A stretch of DNA of 64,000 nucleotides from Clostridiales bacterium. GTDB lineage: Bacteria; Bacillota; Clostridia; Oscillospirales; CAG-272. Shown piece by piece: positions 49,311-58,690 of this stretch. The position numbers and the translations under genes were made by a program. The notes beneath the pieces were generated by a model that saw only the letters and a list, made by a program, of their open reading frames with translations, did no database searches and was not told where the DNA came from. How positions within the stretch are numbered: position 1 is the stretch's first letter; each line of letters opens with the position of its first letter. The stretch is taken from contig JAAYLD010000026.1 of the NCBI GenBank assembly GCA_012522015.1, forward strand, positions 6,694-70,693. The letters are read 5' to 3'.

Positions 49311-50579
49311 ATGTTTGTAGATAAAGTCGATATTTATGTAAAAGCCGGAGACGGCGGCAATGGACGCGTGTCTTTTCGCCGTGAAAAATATGTTGCTAAG
49401 GGTGGGCCCGATGGTGGCGACGGTGGGCGTGGCGGAAATGTCATTTTTGAAGTTGACGACGGGACAAATACGCTTCTCGCCTTCCGCTATAAGCGCAAGT
49501 TCATCGCTGAAAACGGCGAGGACGGCAAACCCGACAAAATGCACGGAAAATCCGGTGAAGATTTGATAATCCGAGTGCCACGCGGCACCCTCATACGCGA
49601 TACAGCGAGCGGAAAAATTATTCACGATATGTCTGATGGCAAGCCCTTTATACTATGCCGCGGTGGTCGCGGCGGATGGGGCAACCGTCGATTCGCGACT
49701 CCGACGCGTCAGATACCGCGATTTGCAAAGAGCGGTACTAAGGGCGAGGAGGAAAATGTTACTCTTGAGCTGAAAATGATAGCCGACGTTGGTCTTATTG
49801 GTATGCCGAACGTCGGGAAATCGTCTATTCTTGCGGCTGTCAGCTCTGCGCGCCCTAAAATAGCCGACTATCCGTTTACAACGCTATCCCCGAACCTTGG
49901 TGTCGTTTCGTTTGGCGACGATGGCGGCTTTGTCATGGCCGACATTCCGGGGCTGATTGAAGGCGCGGCTGAAGGGGCTGGGCTTGGACACGAGTTTTTA
50001 CGGCATATTGAACGTTGCCGGCTGCTTGTTCATGTCGTTGATGTGTCCTCTTATGCAGAGCGCGACCCGGTGGCTGATATTGAGACGATAAACGGTGAGC
50101 TTGTGCGTTATAACGCAGACCTTATGGCGCTCCCGCAGATAATAGCTGCAAACAAATATGATGTGGCAAGCGAAGATGCCGATTTTTCAGCTCTTAAGGC
50201 ATATGCGAAGGAAAAAGACCGCGACTTAATCTTCATATCGGCCGTTACCGGATACAATATGGACAAACTCATATCGACAATAGGCCGTCATCTTGCTACG
50301 CTGCCTCCGATAACAGTTTACGAGCCAGAGTATGAACCGGAAGAAGATTATAAGGGCGAAAAGAAAACGTTTGTCCACCGCGAAAACGACAAGTTTATCG
50401 TTGAGGGCGAATGGCTTTTCAATTTGCTTGGGCAAGTAAACCTAAACGACCGGGACTCGCTTGCGTATTTCGGGCGCGTGTTAAAGCGGAACGGTGTCAT
50501 AGATTTGCTTGAGGCGCACGGATGCAAAGACGGGGACACTGTGTCGATATACGATTTTGAATTTGATTTTGTTAAGTAA
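49311..50579 (+). CDS. obg: GTPase Obg/CgtA
   Basis: The start is taken at MFVDKVDIYVKAGDGGNG (ATG at 49311). Glycine-rich Obg fold, G1 GMPNVGKS, G3 DIPGLIEGA, NKYD, and a C-terminal OCT domain. Confidence 0.95.
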   Translation: MFVDKVDIYVKAGDGGNGRVSFRREKYVAKGGPDGGDGGRGGNVIFEVDDGTNTLLAFRYKRKFIAENGEDGKPDKMHGKSGEDLIIRVPRGTLIRDTASGKIIHDMSDGKPFILCRGGRGGWGNRRFATPTRQIPRFAKSGTKGEEENVTLELKMIADVGLIGMPNVGKSSILAAVSSARPKIADYPFTTLSPNLGVVSFGDDGGFVMADIPGLIEGAAEGAGLGHEFLRHIERCRLLVHVVDVSSYAERDPVADIETINGELVRYNADLMALPQIIAANKYDVASEDADFSALKAYAKEKDRDLIFISAVTGYNMDKLISTIGRHLATLPPITVYEPEYEPEEDYKGEKKTFVHRENDKFIVEGEWLFNLLGQVNLNDRDSLAYFGRVLKRNGVIDLLEAHGCKDGDTVSIYDFEFDFVK

Positions 50580-50663
50580 ATTGTGCACAAGCGTTGCGCA
50601 TTATAAGACAACAATATAAAATATAAAAATCGGAAATCAATCGTAACCAAAAGGAACAAGATA

Positions 50664-52403
50664 ATGAAAACGAAAAGACTTATGCTCGGTAATGAAGCCG
50701 TCGCGAGGGGGCTTTACGAGGCTGGCGTTCGCTTTGTGTCAAGTTACCCGGGCACTCCGAGCACAGAAATAACTGAATATGCCGCAAAATACGATGAAAT
50801 TTACGCCGAATGGGCGCCGAATGAAAAAGTAGCACTTGAAGCGGCGATGGGCGCCGCTGTCGGCGGAGCTCGCGCTTTCTGCGCGATGAAGCATGTTGGG
50901 CTTAACGTTGCTGCCGACCCGCTGTTCGTTGCATCGTACACGGGTGTAAATGCCGGTCTGCTTATTGCAGTTGCCGACGATCCTGGCATGCATTCCTCGC
51001 AAAACGAGCAGGACAGCCGCCATTATGCAAAAGCGGCAAAGATACCTATGCTTGAGCCGTCCGACTCACAGGAATGTCTTGATTTCACCAAGCTTGTATA
51101 CGATTTATCAGAGAAGTTTGATATCCCGGTTATACTCCGTACGACAACCCGCATTGCTCACTCCCAAAGCTTAACGGAGATTTGCGAGCGGGAAGAGAAG
51201 CCGATACTCCCTTACGAAAAAAATCCTGCGAAATATGTCATGATACCGGCAAATGCGCGCGGTCGCCATACATCGCTTGAGGAGCGGCTTGCCGCGCTGC
51301 GGGAATATGCCGAAACATCGCCAGTCAACAAAATCGAGCGTGCGCCTGATGGCAAAATCGGCATTATAGCAGCAGGAATCTCTTATATTTATGCAAAGGA
51401 ATGTTTCGGCAACACGGCTTCTTACCTGAAGCTTGGACTTGTAAATCCGCTTCCCGAGCGCCTGATACGTGAATTTGCTGCGTCTGTTGAGCGTGTTATC
51501 GTAATAGAGGAGCTTGATCCGGTGATAGAGGAGCAGGTGCGTGCCATGGGCATTGCCTGCGATGGTAAAAACCTCTTGCCGGTTGAGGGCGAGTATTCAA
51601 GTGCGCTTCTTGCAGAGCGCCTACTTGGCAAAAAGCCTGAGTATGTTCGGCTTGATGTTCAAATGCCGCCTCGCCCGCCAGTTCTTTGCCCGGGATGCCC
51701 GCACAGAGGTGTCTTTTACATACTGAAAAAGCTGAAACTCACCGTATGCGGCGATATCGGCTGCTATACGCTTGGCGCCGTCGCGCCTCTTTCGAGCATT
51801 GATACGACATTTTGCATGGGGGCGAGTGTGTCATCACTTCATGGCCGCAACATTGCCACGGGTGATGAAAAAACGTCTGTTGCTGTCATAGGCGACTCAA
51901 CGTTTGTTCACTCCGGCATAACAGGGCTTATAAATATGGTCTATAATGGCAGCAAATCAACGGTTTTGATTCTTGACAACAGGATAATCGGCATGACCGG
52001 CCATCAGCAAAACCCATGTACAGGTCTGACACTTAAAGAAAAACCGGCACCTGAACTGTCGCTTGAGCGGCTTTGCGCTGCTGTCGGTGTTGATGAAACT
52101 CACATCAGAGTCGTTGATCCGAACAATCTTGACGAGCTGGAAAAAACAATAAAAGAGGAGCTCGAAAGCCCATGTGTGTCTGTCATTATATGCCGTCGTC
52201 CGTGCGCACTTCTGAAGTATGTTGCGAAAAAGAAGCCATATTCGATTGATGAGAATAAGTGCCGTGCCTGCCGCGCGTGCATGAGAATAGCTTGCCCTGC
52301 TATTTCGGTAACTGAGAGCGGCAAGGCAAAAATTGATGACTCTCTCTGCACTAACTGCGGGCTTTGCACTCAGATGTGCCGCTTTGATGCCATACGCGAG
52401 TGA
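50664..52403 (+). CDS. iorA: indolepyruvate:ferredoxin oxidoreductase, alpha subunit
   Basis: 579 aa. The TPP-binding region GDIGCYTLG...GDSTF is followed by two C-terminal ferredoxin motifs (CRACRAC...C and CTNCGLCTQMC). Confidence 0.9.
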   Translation: MKTKRLMLGNEAVARGLYEAGVRFVSSYPGTPSTEITEYAAKYDEIYAEWAPNEKVALEAAMGAAVGGARAFCAMKHVGLNVAADPLFVASYTGVNAGLLIAVADDPGMHSSQNEQDSRHYAKAAKIPMLEPSDSQECLDFTKLVYDLSEKFDIPVILRTTTRIAHSQSLTEICEREEKPILPYEKNPAKYVMIPANARGRHTSLEERLAALREYAETSPVNKIERAPDGKIGIIAAGISYIYAKECFGNTASYLKLGLVNPLPERLIREFAASVERVIVIEELDPVIEEQVRAMGIACDGKNLLPVEGEYSSALLAERLLGKKPEYVRLDVQMPPRPPVLCPGCPHRGVFYILKKLKLTVCGDIGCYTLGAVAPLSSIDTTFCMGASVSSLHGRNIATGDEKTSVAVIGDSTFVHSGITGLINMVYNGSKSTVLILDNRIIGMTGHQQNPCTGLTLKEKPAPELSLERLCAAVGVDETHIRVVDPNNLDELEKTIKEELESPCVSVIICRRPCALLKYVAKKKPYSIDENKCRACRACMRIACPAISVTESGKAKIDDSLCTNCGLCTQMCRFDAIRE

Positions 52404-52456
52404 GTGTAGACGTGACGCACTTATCTTGTAAAACCCTCCCCGAAAGGATGTAAAAA

Positions 52457-53053
52457 ATGGATAATGTAAAAAGTATATTGATAACAGGCGTCGGTGGGCA
52501 GGGAACACTGCTTGCTGCGCGTATACTTGGTGATGCCGCCATCCGCTCCGGATATGAAGCGAAAGTTTCAGAGGTTCATGGAATGAGCCAGCGCGGAGGT
52601 TCCGTTGTGACATATGTCAGATACGGGAAATCGGTCGTCTCGTCGCTCATATGCGAGGGAGGTGCGGACGTTATACTAAGCTTTGAAGTGCTTGAGGCTG
52701 CAAGATGCCTGCCTTACCTTAAAAAAGGCGGAGTTGTCGTCACCTCAACGCAACAAATAAATCCGATGCCCGTAATATCGGGCGCCGCCAAATATCCGAG
52801 CGATTTAATAGGTCAAATGAAAGCCGCCGACGTGCGTGTTATATCCGCCGACGCGTTATCAATAGCACGTGCCGCTGGCAGCATTAAGGCGTCGAACGTT
52901 GCGCTTATTGGTCTTGGCGCCGATCTTTTCGGCTTTTCGCATGATGTGCTATACGAATCTATCATGTCGTGTGTGCCTGAAAAAGCAAAAGCAGTGAACG
53001 AAGCGGCATTCAAAGGCGGTCTTGCCGCCGCTTCGCAAAAACACAATATGTAA
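52457..53053 (+). CDS. iorB: indolepyruvate:ferredoxin oxidoreductase, beta subunit
   Basis: 198 aa with ILITGVGGQGTLLAARIL...EVHGMSQRGGSV. Confidence 0.9.
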   Translation: MDNVKSILITGVGGQGTLLAARILGDAAIRSGYEAKVSEVHGMSQRGGSVVTYVRYGKSVVSSLICEGGADVILSFEVLEAARCLPYLKKGGVVVTSTQQINPMPVISGAAKYPSDLIGQMKAADVRVISADALSIARAAGSIKASNVALIGLGADLFGFSHDVLYESIMSCVPEKAKAVNEAAFKGGLAAASQKHNM

Positions 53054-53120
53054 AAAAAAGAATGACAAAAAATCAAAAAAAATGATAAAATAATAAAAAC
53101 ACATATAACCGGGGTTTAAG

Positions 53121-54428
53121 ATGAAGTATTACAACGAAGCTATTGAAACAATGCCTCGCGACGCTATGCGTGCCTTACAATCCGAGCGCCTTCGTAATAC
53201 TGTCGAGCGGATGTACGCATACGTTGCCCCTTATCGCCGCTTAATGGATGAAGCCGGCGTAAAACCTTCAGACATACGCACAATCGACGATATTACTAAG
53301 CTGCCGTTTTTAAGCAGCGAAAACTTGCGTGAAAATTATCCCTTAGGAATGATTGCCGTCCCGCGTGAGAAAACAACAAGAATCCACGCTTCCTCTGGAA
53401 CAACCGGAAAACCGAAGGTTGTTGCTTACACACAGCACGATGTTGATGTCTGGAGTGAATGTGTCGCCCGCTGCATTGTCTCTGCCGGCGCAGGTGAAAA
53501 CGATGTTATACAGGTCGCCTATGGCTATGGCCTTTTCACAGGCGGGCTGGGGCTTCATTATGGCGCTGAAAATCTTGGGGCTACTGTTATCCCGACGTCA
53601 AGCGGCAATACGTTACGTCAAATTGAAATGATGATAGATCTCGGCTCTACATACCTTTGCTGTACGCCGTCATATGCCCTCTACATAGCCGATACAATGG
53701 AAAAGAACAACATACCAGTTGAATTACTTTCGCTAAAGGGTGGCATATTTGGCGCTGAGCCGTGGACGGAAGAAATGCGACGCGAAATTGAAAAGTGTCT
53801 TAACATCAAAGCCTACGATATATACGGTATAGCAGAGATAACAGGGCCCGGTGTCGCCTGTGACTGTGAGTGTCAGAACGGAATGCATGTCAACGAGGAT
53901 AACTTCTATATAGAAATAATCGATCTGGTGACAGGAGAACCTTTACCGGACGGTGAGCGTGGGGAAGTTGTCTTTTCTTGCATTAATAAAGAAGCGTTAC
54001 CGCTTCTGCGTTACCGCACACATGACATATCGTATATCACAAGAGAGAAGTGTGAATGTGGTCGGACGCTTGTTCGCCTTATGAAGCCTTCAGGCAGAAC
54101 CGACGATATGATAATTGTGCGCGGTATCAACGTTTTCCCATCTCAAATCGAAAGTGTGCTGCTTTCGGTTAAAGGAGTGTCACCGCATTACCTCATAATT
54201 GTCGACAGACACGACAATCACGATACGATAGAAGTCAAAGTGGAGGTTTCACCCGAGATTTTCTCCGATAAAATCAGAGGTCTTCAGAGTTACGCTGAAG
54301 AAATTCAGAGGAAGATGGATAGTGTCCTGCAGATTTCAGCGAAAATCACATTTGTTGAGCCGGGGACATTACCACGTTCCGAAGGCAAGGCAAAACGCGT
54401 CATCGACAACCGCAAGCTTTACACATAA
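53121..54428 (+). CDS. paaK: phenylacetate--CoA ligase (PaaK family adenylate-forming enzyme)
   Basis: 435 aa with SSGTTGKPK and YGIAEITGPGV, plus the short PaaK-type C-terminal domain. Confidence 0.88.
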   Translation: MKYYNEAIETMPRDAMRALQSERLRNTVERMYAYVAPYRRLMDEAGVKPSDIRTIDDITKLPFLSSENLRENYPLGMIAVPREKTTRIHASSGTTGKPKVVAYTQHDVDVWSECVARCIVSAGAGENDVIQVAYGYGLFTGGLGLHYGAENLGATVIPTSSGNTLRQIEMMIDLGSTYLCCTPSYALYIADTMEKNNIPVELLSLKGGIFGAEPWTEEMRREIEKCLNIKAYDIYGIAEITGPGVACDCECQNGMHVNEDNFYIEIIDLVTGEPLPDGERGEVVFSCINKEALPLLRYRTHDISYITREKCECGRTLVRLMKPSGRTDDMIIVRGINVFPSQIESVLLSVKGVSPHYLIIVDRHDNHDTIEVKVEVSPEIFSDKIRGLQSYAEEIQRKMDSVLQISAKITFVEPGTLPRSEGKAKRVIDNRKLYT

Positions 54429-54447
54429 AAATAAAGGAGGCAGCGCG

Positions 54448-54852
54448 ATGATTAAGCAGGTATCGATCTTTTTGGAAAACAGAGCCGGCCGTGTCGCCGA
54501 AATTACAGAAATGCTTGCTGGAATGGGCATAAATCTTGACGCTATTTCGATCGCTGACACAGAAAGCTACGGAATTCTCCGCATTATCGTAGAAAATCCA
54601 GAACAGACATGTGATTTTCTGCGCAAACGCGGAGTTACAGCTACGCTGACAGATGTGCTCGATGTAAACGTTCGCCACGAACCGGGTGGACTTGCGCGTA
54701 TCTTGAAAATATTTGCGGATAATAGCATAACTATCGAGTATATTTACACCTCAATGTCAACAAAAGACGGTTATGCGTCAATAATTATCCGTGTTGAACA
54801 CCCGGAAGAAGCTGAAGAACTGCTCCGCGCCGCAGGATATACACTTGGATAA
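54448..54852 (+). CDS. ACT-domain protein
   Basis: The ATG at 54448 lies 7 nt after AGGAGG. Two ACT-like halves are present (VSIFLENRAGRVAEITEMLAGMGINL and VRHEPGGLARILKIFADNSITI). Confidence 0.8.
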   Translation: MIKQVSIFLENRAGRVAEITEMLAGMGINLDAISIADTESYGILRIIVENPEQTCDFLRKRGVTATLTDVLDVNVRHEPGGLARILKIFADNSITIEYIYTSMSTKDGYASIIIRVEHPEEAEELLRAAGYTLG

Positions 54853-54874
54853 CAAAAACAAAAAAATCGGCACG

Positions 54875-55426
54875 ATGATTGATCTGCTCCTTCTGCAAAA
54901 GGAGTTCATTATGCGGCATCTTGCGCCGGGCGGCGTAGCAGCCGATTTCACGATGGGAAACGGTAATGATACGGCTTTTCTCTCTCGGGCAGTAGGCGAG
55001 AGCGGCAGAGTATACGCTTTTGATATTCAAAGTAAGGCCCTTGAATCAACAAGGCGCAAGCTTTTGGCAGAAGGGTGTCCTGATAATGTGACGCTTATAC
55101 ATGACTCGCATGCAAATGCAGCCCTTTATATAAAAGAGCCGATAAATGCCGGCATGTTCAATCTCGGATATTTGCCCGGCGGGGACAAATTAATAACTAC
55201 AATGACATCGTCGACTATGCAGGCAGTCCGGACAGCCATTGAGCTGCTCGCACCGGGAGGTGCGATAACAGTCGCCGTTTATCCGGGGCACGCTGAAGGC
55301 AAAGCGGAGGGGGTAGAGCTTGCCCGGTATTTCGCGACACTTGACAAACACATTTTTACATGTACGGAAGTCCGTATAATTAATTCGCCCGCGTCGCCTT
55401 ATTTTACACTTATCGAGAAAATATGA
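54875..55426 (+). CDS. class I SAM-dependent methyltransferase, YtqB/MnmM-like (tRNA mnm5s2U34)
   Basis: The start is taken at MIDLLLL... It has DFTMGNGNDT, VYAFDIQ, FNLGYLPGGDK and VYPGHAEG, typical of the 'putative rRNA methylase' family now linked to MnmM. Confidence 0.7.
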   Translation: MIDLLLLQKEFIMRHLAPGGVAADFTMGNGNDTAFLSRAVGESGRVYAFDIQSKALESTRRKLLAEGCPDNVTLIHDSHANAALYIKEPINAGMFNLGYLPGGDKLITTMTSSTMQAVRTAIELLAPGGAITVAVYPGHAEGKAEGVELARYFATLDKHIFTCTEVRIINSPASPYFTLIEKI

Positions 55427-55473
55427 CAAATGACGTATAATATCACCCTATCATAATACCAAATTAAGAAAAA

Positions 55474-55508
55474 CCACTCCGTTGCGTGCGCATAACGACA
55501 CGGAGTGG
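55474..55508. terminator. GC-rich hairpin, terminator-like mainly on the minus strand
   Basis: CCACTCCGT (55474-55482) pairs with ACGGAGTGG (55500-55508) across a 17-nt loop. The A-run at 55467-55473 becomes a T-run after the hairpin on the minus strand. No T-run follows on the plus strand. Confidence 0.4.
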
Positions 55509-55586
55509 CTTATAATGTAACATATGATAATGTGATATATAGGGCAGCGATCGGGTTTTCTTTTGCCTTTTAGGAGGGTATTTATA

Positions 55587-57263
55587 TTGGGCGTCGGTTT
55601 TGGTAGTAACAGGAGAGGTAATAGTGGTTCCCGCGGTAACGACAGTTCCCGCGGTAATAATAATGTTTCCGGCGGCAGAAACAACAGAATAAATACAAAT
55701 AATAGCGGCGGGCGCGCGGGTAATAGCGATTCCCGCAACGTTAATAATAATCGTAGTCAGGTGGGTGCAGGGGGCAATGCCAACACCAAAAAAAGTGGCA
55801 GAACTTTTCCTGTGCGTACATCTGGCAATACAAACAGAAACAGCGGCAGAGGTGTGACGGCATATAATCGCGCGGGTGAAGATCCAAATGTAGCGGCGAT
55901 ACGCGACGAGCTTCTTCGAGCGCAAAAAGAACGCGAAAACAGAACCCAGCTTATGACAAAGCGTGCGCGGCGCGAGACGCTGTTTGCGCGTATCTGGGCG
56001 TTTTTTTTCATTTTTATATTGATCATAATAATCGTCACCGCAGTTATTCTTATATCTTTCCGAAGCACCAATGTTCAGGACACAGATGATGAGTATATCT
56101 ATGTCTACGGCACAGGCGATGACGAAAGCGATGTTGTTCCGTTCGATTCTGCCATGCGTGATGGAAAGCTGTATATAAATTATTCTAAGCTTGCACGCAC
56201 ACTTGACATGGTTGTGACAGGTGATGGCAATGTATTTCGATTTATAACAAAAGATGGCTCAGAGGATGTTAAATTTACCGTTGGGACGAGGGTTATACAT
56301 GTAAACGGCACCGAGTGGCGTATGTCTTTACCGTCATACAGGGAAGGCAACGATATTTGGGTTCCGCTTGATTTTGTCATTGATTCAATGATAGGTATTA
56401 ATGTTGATGTTGATGAAAAGGAGCGTACCATCACTATAACGCAAGTGACAGATGAAGCAGGAGATGTGGTGCCGGTCGCATTTAAGATGAAGGAAGCTGA
56501 TACGCTTGCGCCAATTACGGAAGACGAGAGCTACGGTGAGATGACGGAGGGTACAGATACTGAACAAACTGGCATCGAAGTACCTGTGTTCGAGTTTAAA
56601 TCAGACTTATCAGAATACGAAGAATACATGAATCCAGCTGACGACAGCGAGTACCTGATTATTGTAAATGCGGACAATTCTCTTAATGAAAATTACATTC
56701 CAGATGATCTGGTTGATGTTATCAATACGCGCGCTGACGGCCGCGAAACACAAAAGATGCGCTTATATGCAGCAAAAGCGCTTGAAGCAATGTTCATTGA
56801 GCTTTTCGCAAATGGTTACGACGGAAAAGGGCCCTCCGGTTATCCTGTTTCTGTAATGAGCGCTTATCGCTCATACGCAAAGCAATCGTCGCTTTTTAAT
56901 ACGTATGTAGAGCGTGAAATGGAAGCTAATCCAGCTCTTACACGAGCTGAGGTAGAGGCGATAGTGGAGACATATTCGGCGCGGCCGGGCGCAAGTGAGC
57001 ACCAGACGGGCCTTTGCGCTGACCTCCACAATCTTTCAAGCGCAGCACGGTCTTTTGCACGTGAGGACGTATATAAATGGCTCGTCGAAAACTGTTATAA
57101 GTTCGGTTTTATCCTTCGTTACCCCGAAGATAAAACGGAAATCACAAAAATTACATTTGAGCCTTGGCATTACCGTTATGTCGGCCGTAAAGCTGCTTAT
57201 GAAATGTATGAGCTTGGCATGTGCCTTGAAGAGTATGTCGAGTATAGAAATAAAAATCAATAG
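55587..57263 (+). CDS. membrane-anchored VanY-type D-Ala-D-Ala carboxypeptidase (peptidase M15B) with a disordered N-terminus
   Basis: TTG at 55587, 9 nt after AGGAGG. An Arg/Gly/Asn/Ser-rich region of about 130 aa precedes a TM (IWAFFFIFILIIIIVTAVILISF), a copper-amine-oxidase-N-like domain, and the catalytic SAYRSY...SEHQTGLCADL...EPWHYRYVG. Confidence 0.85.
   Translation: MGVGFGSNRRGNSGSRGNDSSRGNNNVSGGRNNRINTNNSGGRAGNSDSRNVNNNRSQVGAGGNANTKKSGRTFPVRTSGNTNRNSGRGVTAYNRAGEDPNVAAIRDELLRAQKERENRTQLMTKRARRETLFARIWAFFFIFILIIIIVTAVILISFRSTNVQDTDDEYIYVYGTGDDESDVVPFDSAMRDGKLYINYSKLARTLDMVVTGDGNVFRFITKDGSEDVKFTVGTRVIHVNGTEWRMSLPSYREGNDIWVPLDFVIDSMIGINVDVDEKERTITITQVTDEAGDVVPVAFKMKEADTLAPITEDESYGEMTEGTDTEQTGIEVPVFEFKSDLSEYEEYMNPADDSEYLIIVNADNSLNENYIPDDLVDVINTRADGRETQKMRLYAAKALEAMFIELFANGYDGKGPSGYPVSVMSAYRSYAKQSSLFNTYVEREMEANPALTRAEVEAIVETYSARPGASEHQTGLCADLHNLSSAARSFAREDVYKWLVENCYKFGFILRYPEDKTEITKITFEPWHYRYVGRKAAYEMYELGMCLEEYVEYRNKNQ
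55617..55673 (+). repeat. about 18-nt in-frame tandem repeat encoding GNSGSR / GNDSSR / GNNNVSG
   Basis: ggtaatagtggttcccgc / ggtaacgacagttcccgc / ggtaataataatgtttccggc. Confidence 0.7.
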
Positions 57264-57354
57264 ATATGTCGAGAGATAGTAAGCGTTTAGCCGCACCGAA
57301 AGCTATTTTGCGCAGCGACACGCAGGGAAGAGAAAAGCAATAATACAAATATGG

Positions 57355-57389
57355 ATACAAAAAGCCGAGCCATAAAGTGGCTCGGCTTT
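57355..57389 (-). terminator. intrinsic terminator after rplA
   Basis: 12-bp stem AAAGCCGAGCCA / TGGCTCGGCTTT with a 5-nt loop, followed on the minus strand by a T-run (57363-57357). Confidence 0.8.
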
Positions 57390-57444
57390 GCTATGCTATT
57401 ATGAATCGTTATAAATCTGAGTTTGAAGCTATTTTTGCTTCTGT

Positions 57445-58137
57445 TTATGAAAGTCTTGCTGCGCTTATCTTAATACCCGGACCCATTGTGGATGCGACGA
57501 CGCAGCTCTTGATATATTGACCCTTCGCAGCAGCGGGCTTCGCCTTGATGATAGCGCTCATGAGGGCGTTGAAGTTCTCAGTGAGCTTTTCAGCACCGAA
57601 TGAAGCTTTGCCAATCGGGCAGTGTATAATATTTGTCTTATCAAGACGATACTCAATCTTACCGGCTTTTGCTTCCTTGACAGCACGCGCAACGTCCGTT
57701 GTGACGGTACCAGATTTCGGGTTAGGCATAAGTCCTTTCGGACCAAGGAGACGGCCGAGACGGCCAAGCGGGCCCATCATGTCGGGCGTTGCGATTATGA
57801 GATCGAAGTCAAACCAGTTTTCACGCTGAATTTTATCGATCATATCCTGGTCGCCAACATAGTCAGCGCCTGCTTCTCTCGCTTCATTAGCCCTATCACC
57901 CTTTGCGATGACAAGGACGCGTACATTTTTACCAGTTCCGTTAGGAAGAACGATAGCGCCGCGAACTTGCTGGTCAGCGTGTCTCGAGTCGACACCGAGA
58001 CGCACATGAAGTTCGATGGTTTCATCGAACTTAGAATTTGCTGTCGAAACAACAAGAGCAAGTGCTTCCTTTGGATCATAAAGCTTGCCGCGTTCGACGA
58101 GCTTTGCATTTTCTTTATATCTTTTGCCTCTGAACAT
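57445..58137 (-). CDS. rplA: 50S ribosomal protein L1
   Basis: 230 aa with GKRYKE...[14 protein letters not shown]...QQVRG...LPNGTGK. Confidence 0.97.
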   Translation of the reverse strand: MFRGKRYKENAKLVERGKLYDPKEALALVVSTANSKFDETIELHVRLGVDSRHADQQVRGAIVLPNGTGKNVRVLVIAKGDRANEAREAGADYVGDQDMIDKIQRENWFDFDLIIATPDMMGPLGRLGRLLGPKGLMPNPKSGTVTTDVARAVKEAKAGKIEYRLDKTNIIHCPIGKASFGAEKLTENFNALMSAIIKAKPAAAKGQYIKSCVVASTMGPGIKISAARLS

Positions 58138-58151
58138 ATTCTTGTCCCTCC

Positions 58152-58577
58152 TTAGTCCGCGACGACAATGCCCATGCTGCGGGCAGTGCCTGCTATCATA
58201 CTCATCGCGGCTTCAAGCGAGCCAGCATTCAGATCTTTCATTTTTTGCTCAGCTATCTGTTTAATCTGTTCCTTTGTAATCGTAGCAACCTTCGTATTAT
58301 TAGGAACTGCGGAGCCGGACTCGATACCGCATGCCTTCTTAATGAGCACAGGAGCGGGTGGCGATTTTGTGACAAATGAGAAGGAACGGTCGGCGTATAC
58401 TGTAATGATGACAGGGATGATAAGTCCTATGTCACCCTTTGTGCGCTCGTTAAATTCCTTTGTAAAGTTGGGGATAGACACCTGATGCTGGCCGAGTGCC
58501 GGACCTACTGGTGGGCCGTTTGTTGCCTTACCGGCGGGCAGCTGAAGCTTAATATAAGCAACTACTTTCTTTGCCAT
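58152..58577 (-). CDS. rplK: 50S ribosomal protein L11
   Basis: 141 aa with [31 protein letters not shown]. Confidence 0.97.
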   Translation of the reverse strand: MAKKVVAYIKLQLPAGKATNGPPVGPALGQHQVSIPNFTKEFNERTKGDIGLIIPVIITVYADRSFSFVTKSPPAPVLIKKACGIESGSAVPNNTKVATITKEQIKQIAEQKMKDLNAGSLEAAMSMIAGTARSMGIVVAD

Positions 58578-58690
58578 TTAAAAAATTACACCTCCGATTG
58601 TGGTATTATGCGGGAGAATTGTTTAAGAATTTATTTTCTCCCTCCCACGGCGGCGCATAGCGCCGCATAAAAAAGAAAAGTTTTGTCCTG

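Noticed and set aside
51957-52613. 218-aa minus-strand ORF
   Set aside because: It is antisense to the iorA 3' end and the iorB 5' end. It is Arg/Ser/Phe-rich with no motif.
57622-58155. 177-aa plus-strand ORF
   Set aside because: It is antisense to rplA (ribosomal protein L1), which is unambiguous.
58650-58666. GCGGCGC/GCGCCGC hairpin after nusG as a terminator
   Set aside because: On the transcribed (minus) strand the U-run precedes the stem instead of following it. On the plus strand an A-run follows it. It is therefore not an intrinsic terminator in either direction, and is kept only as part of the rplK-leader observation.
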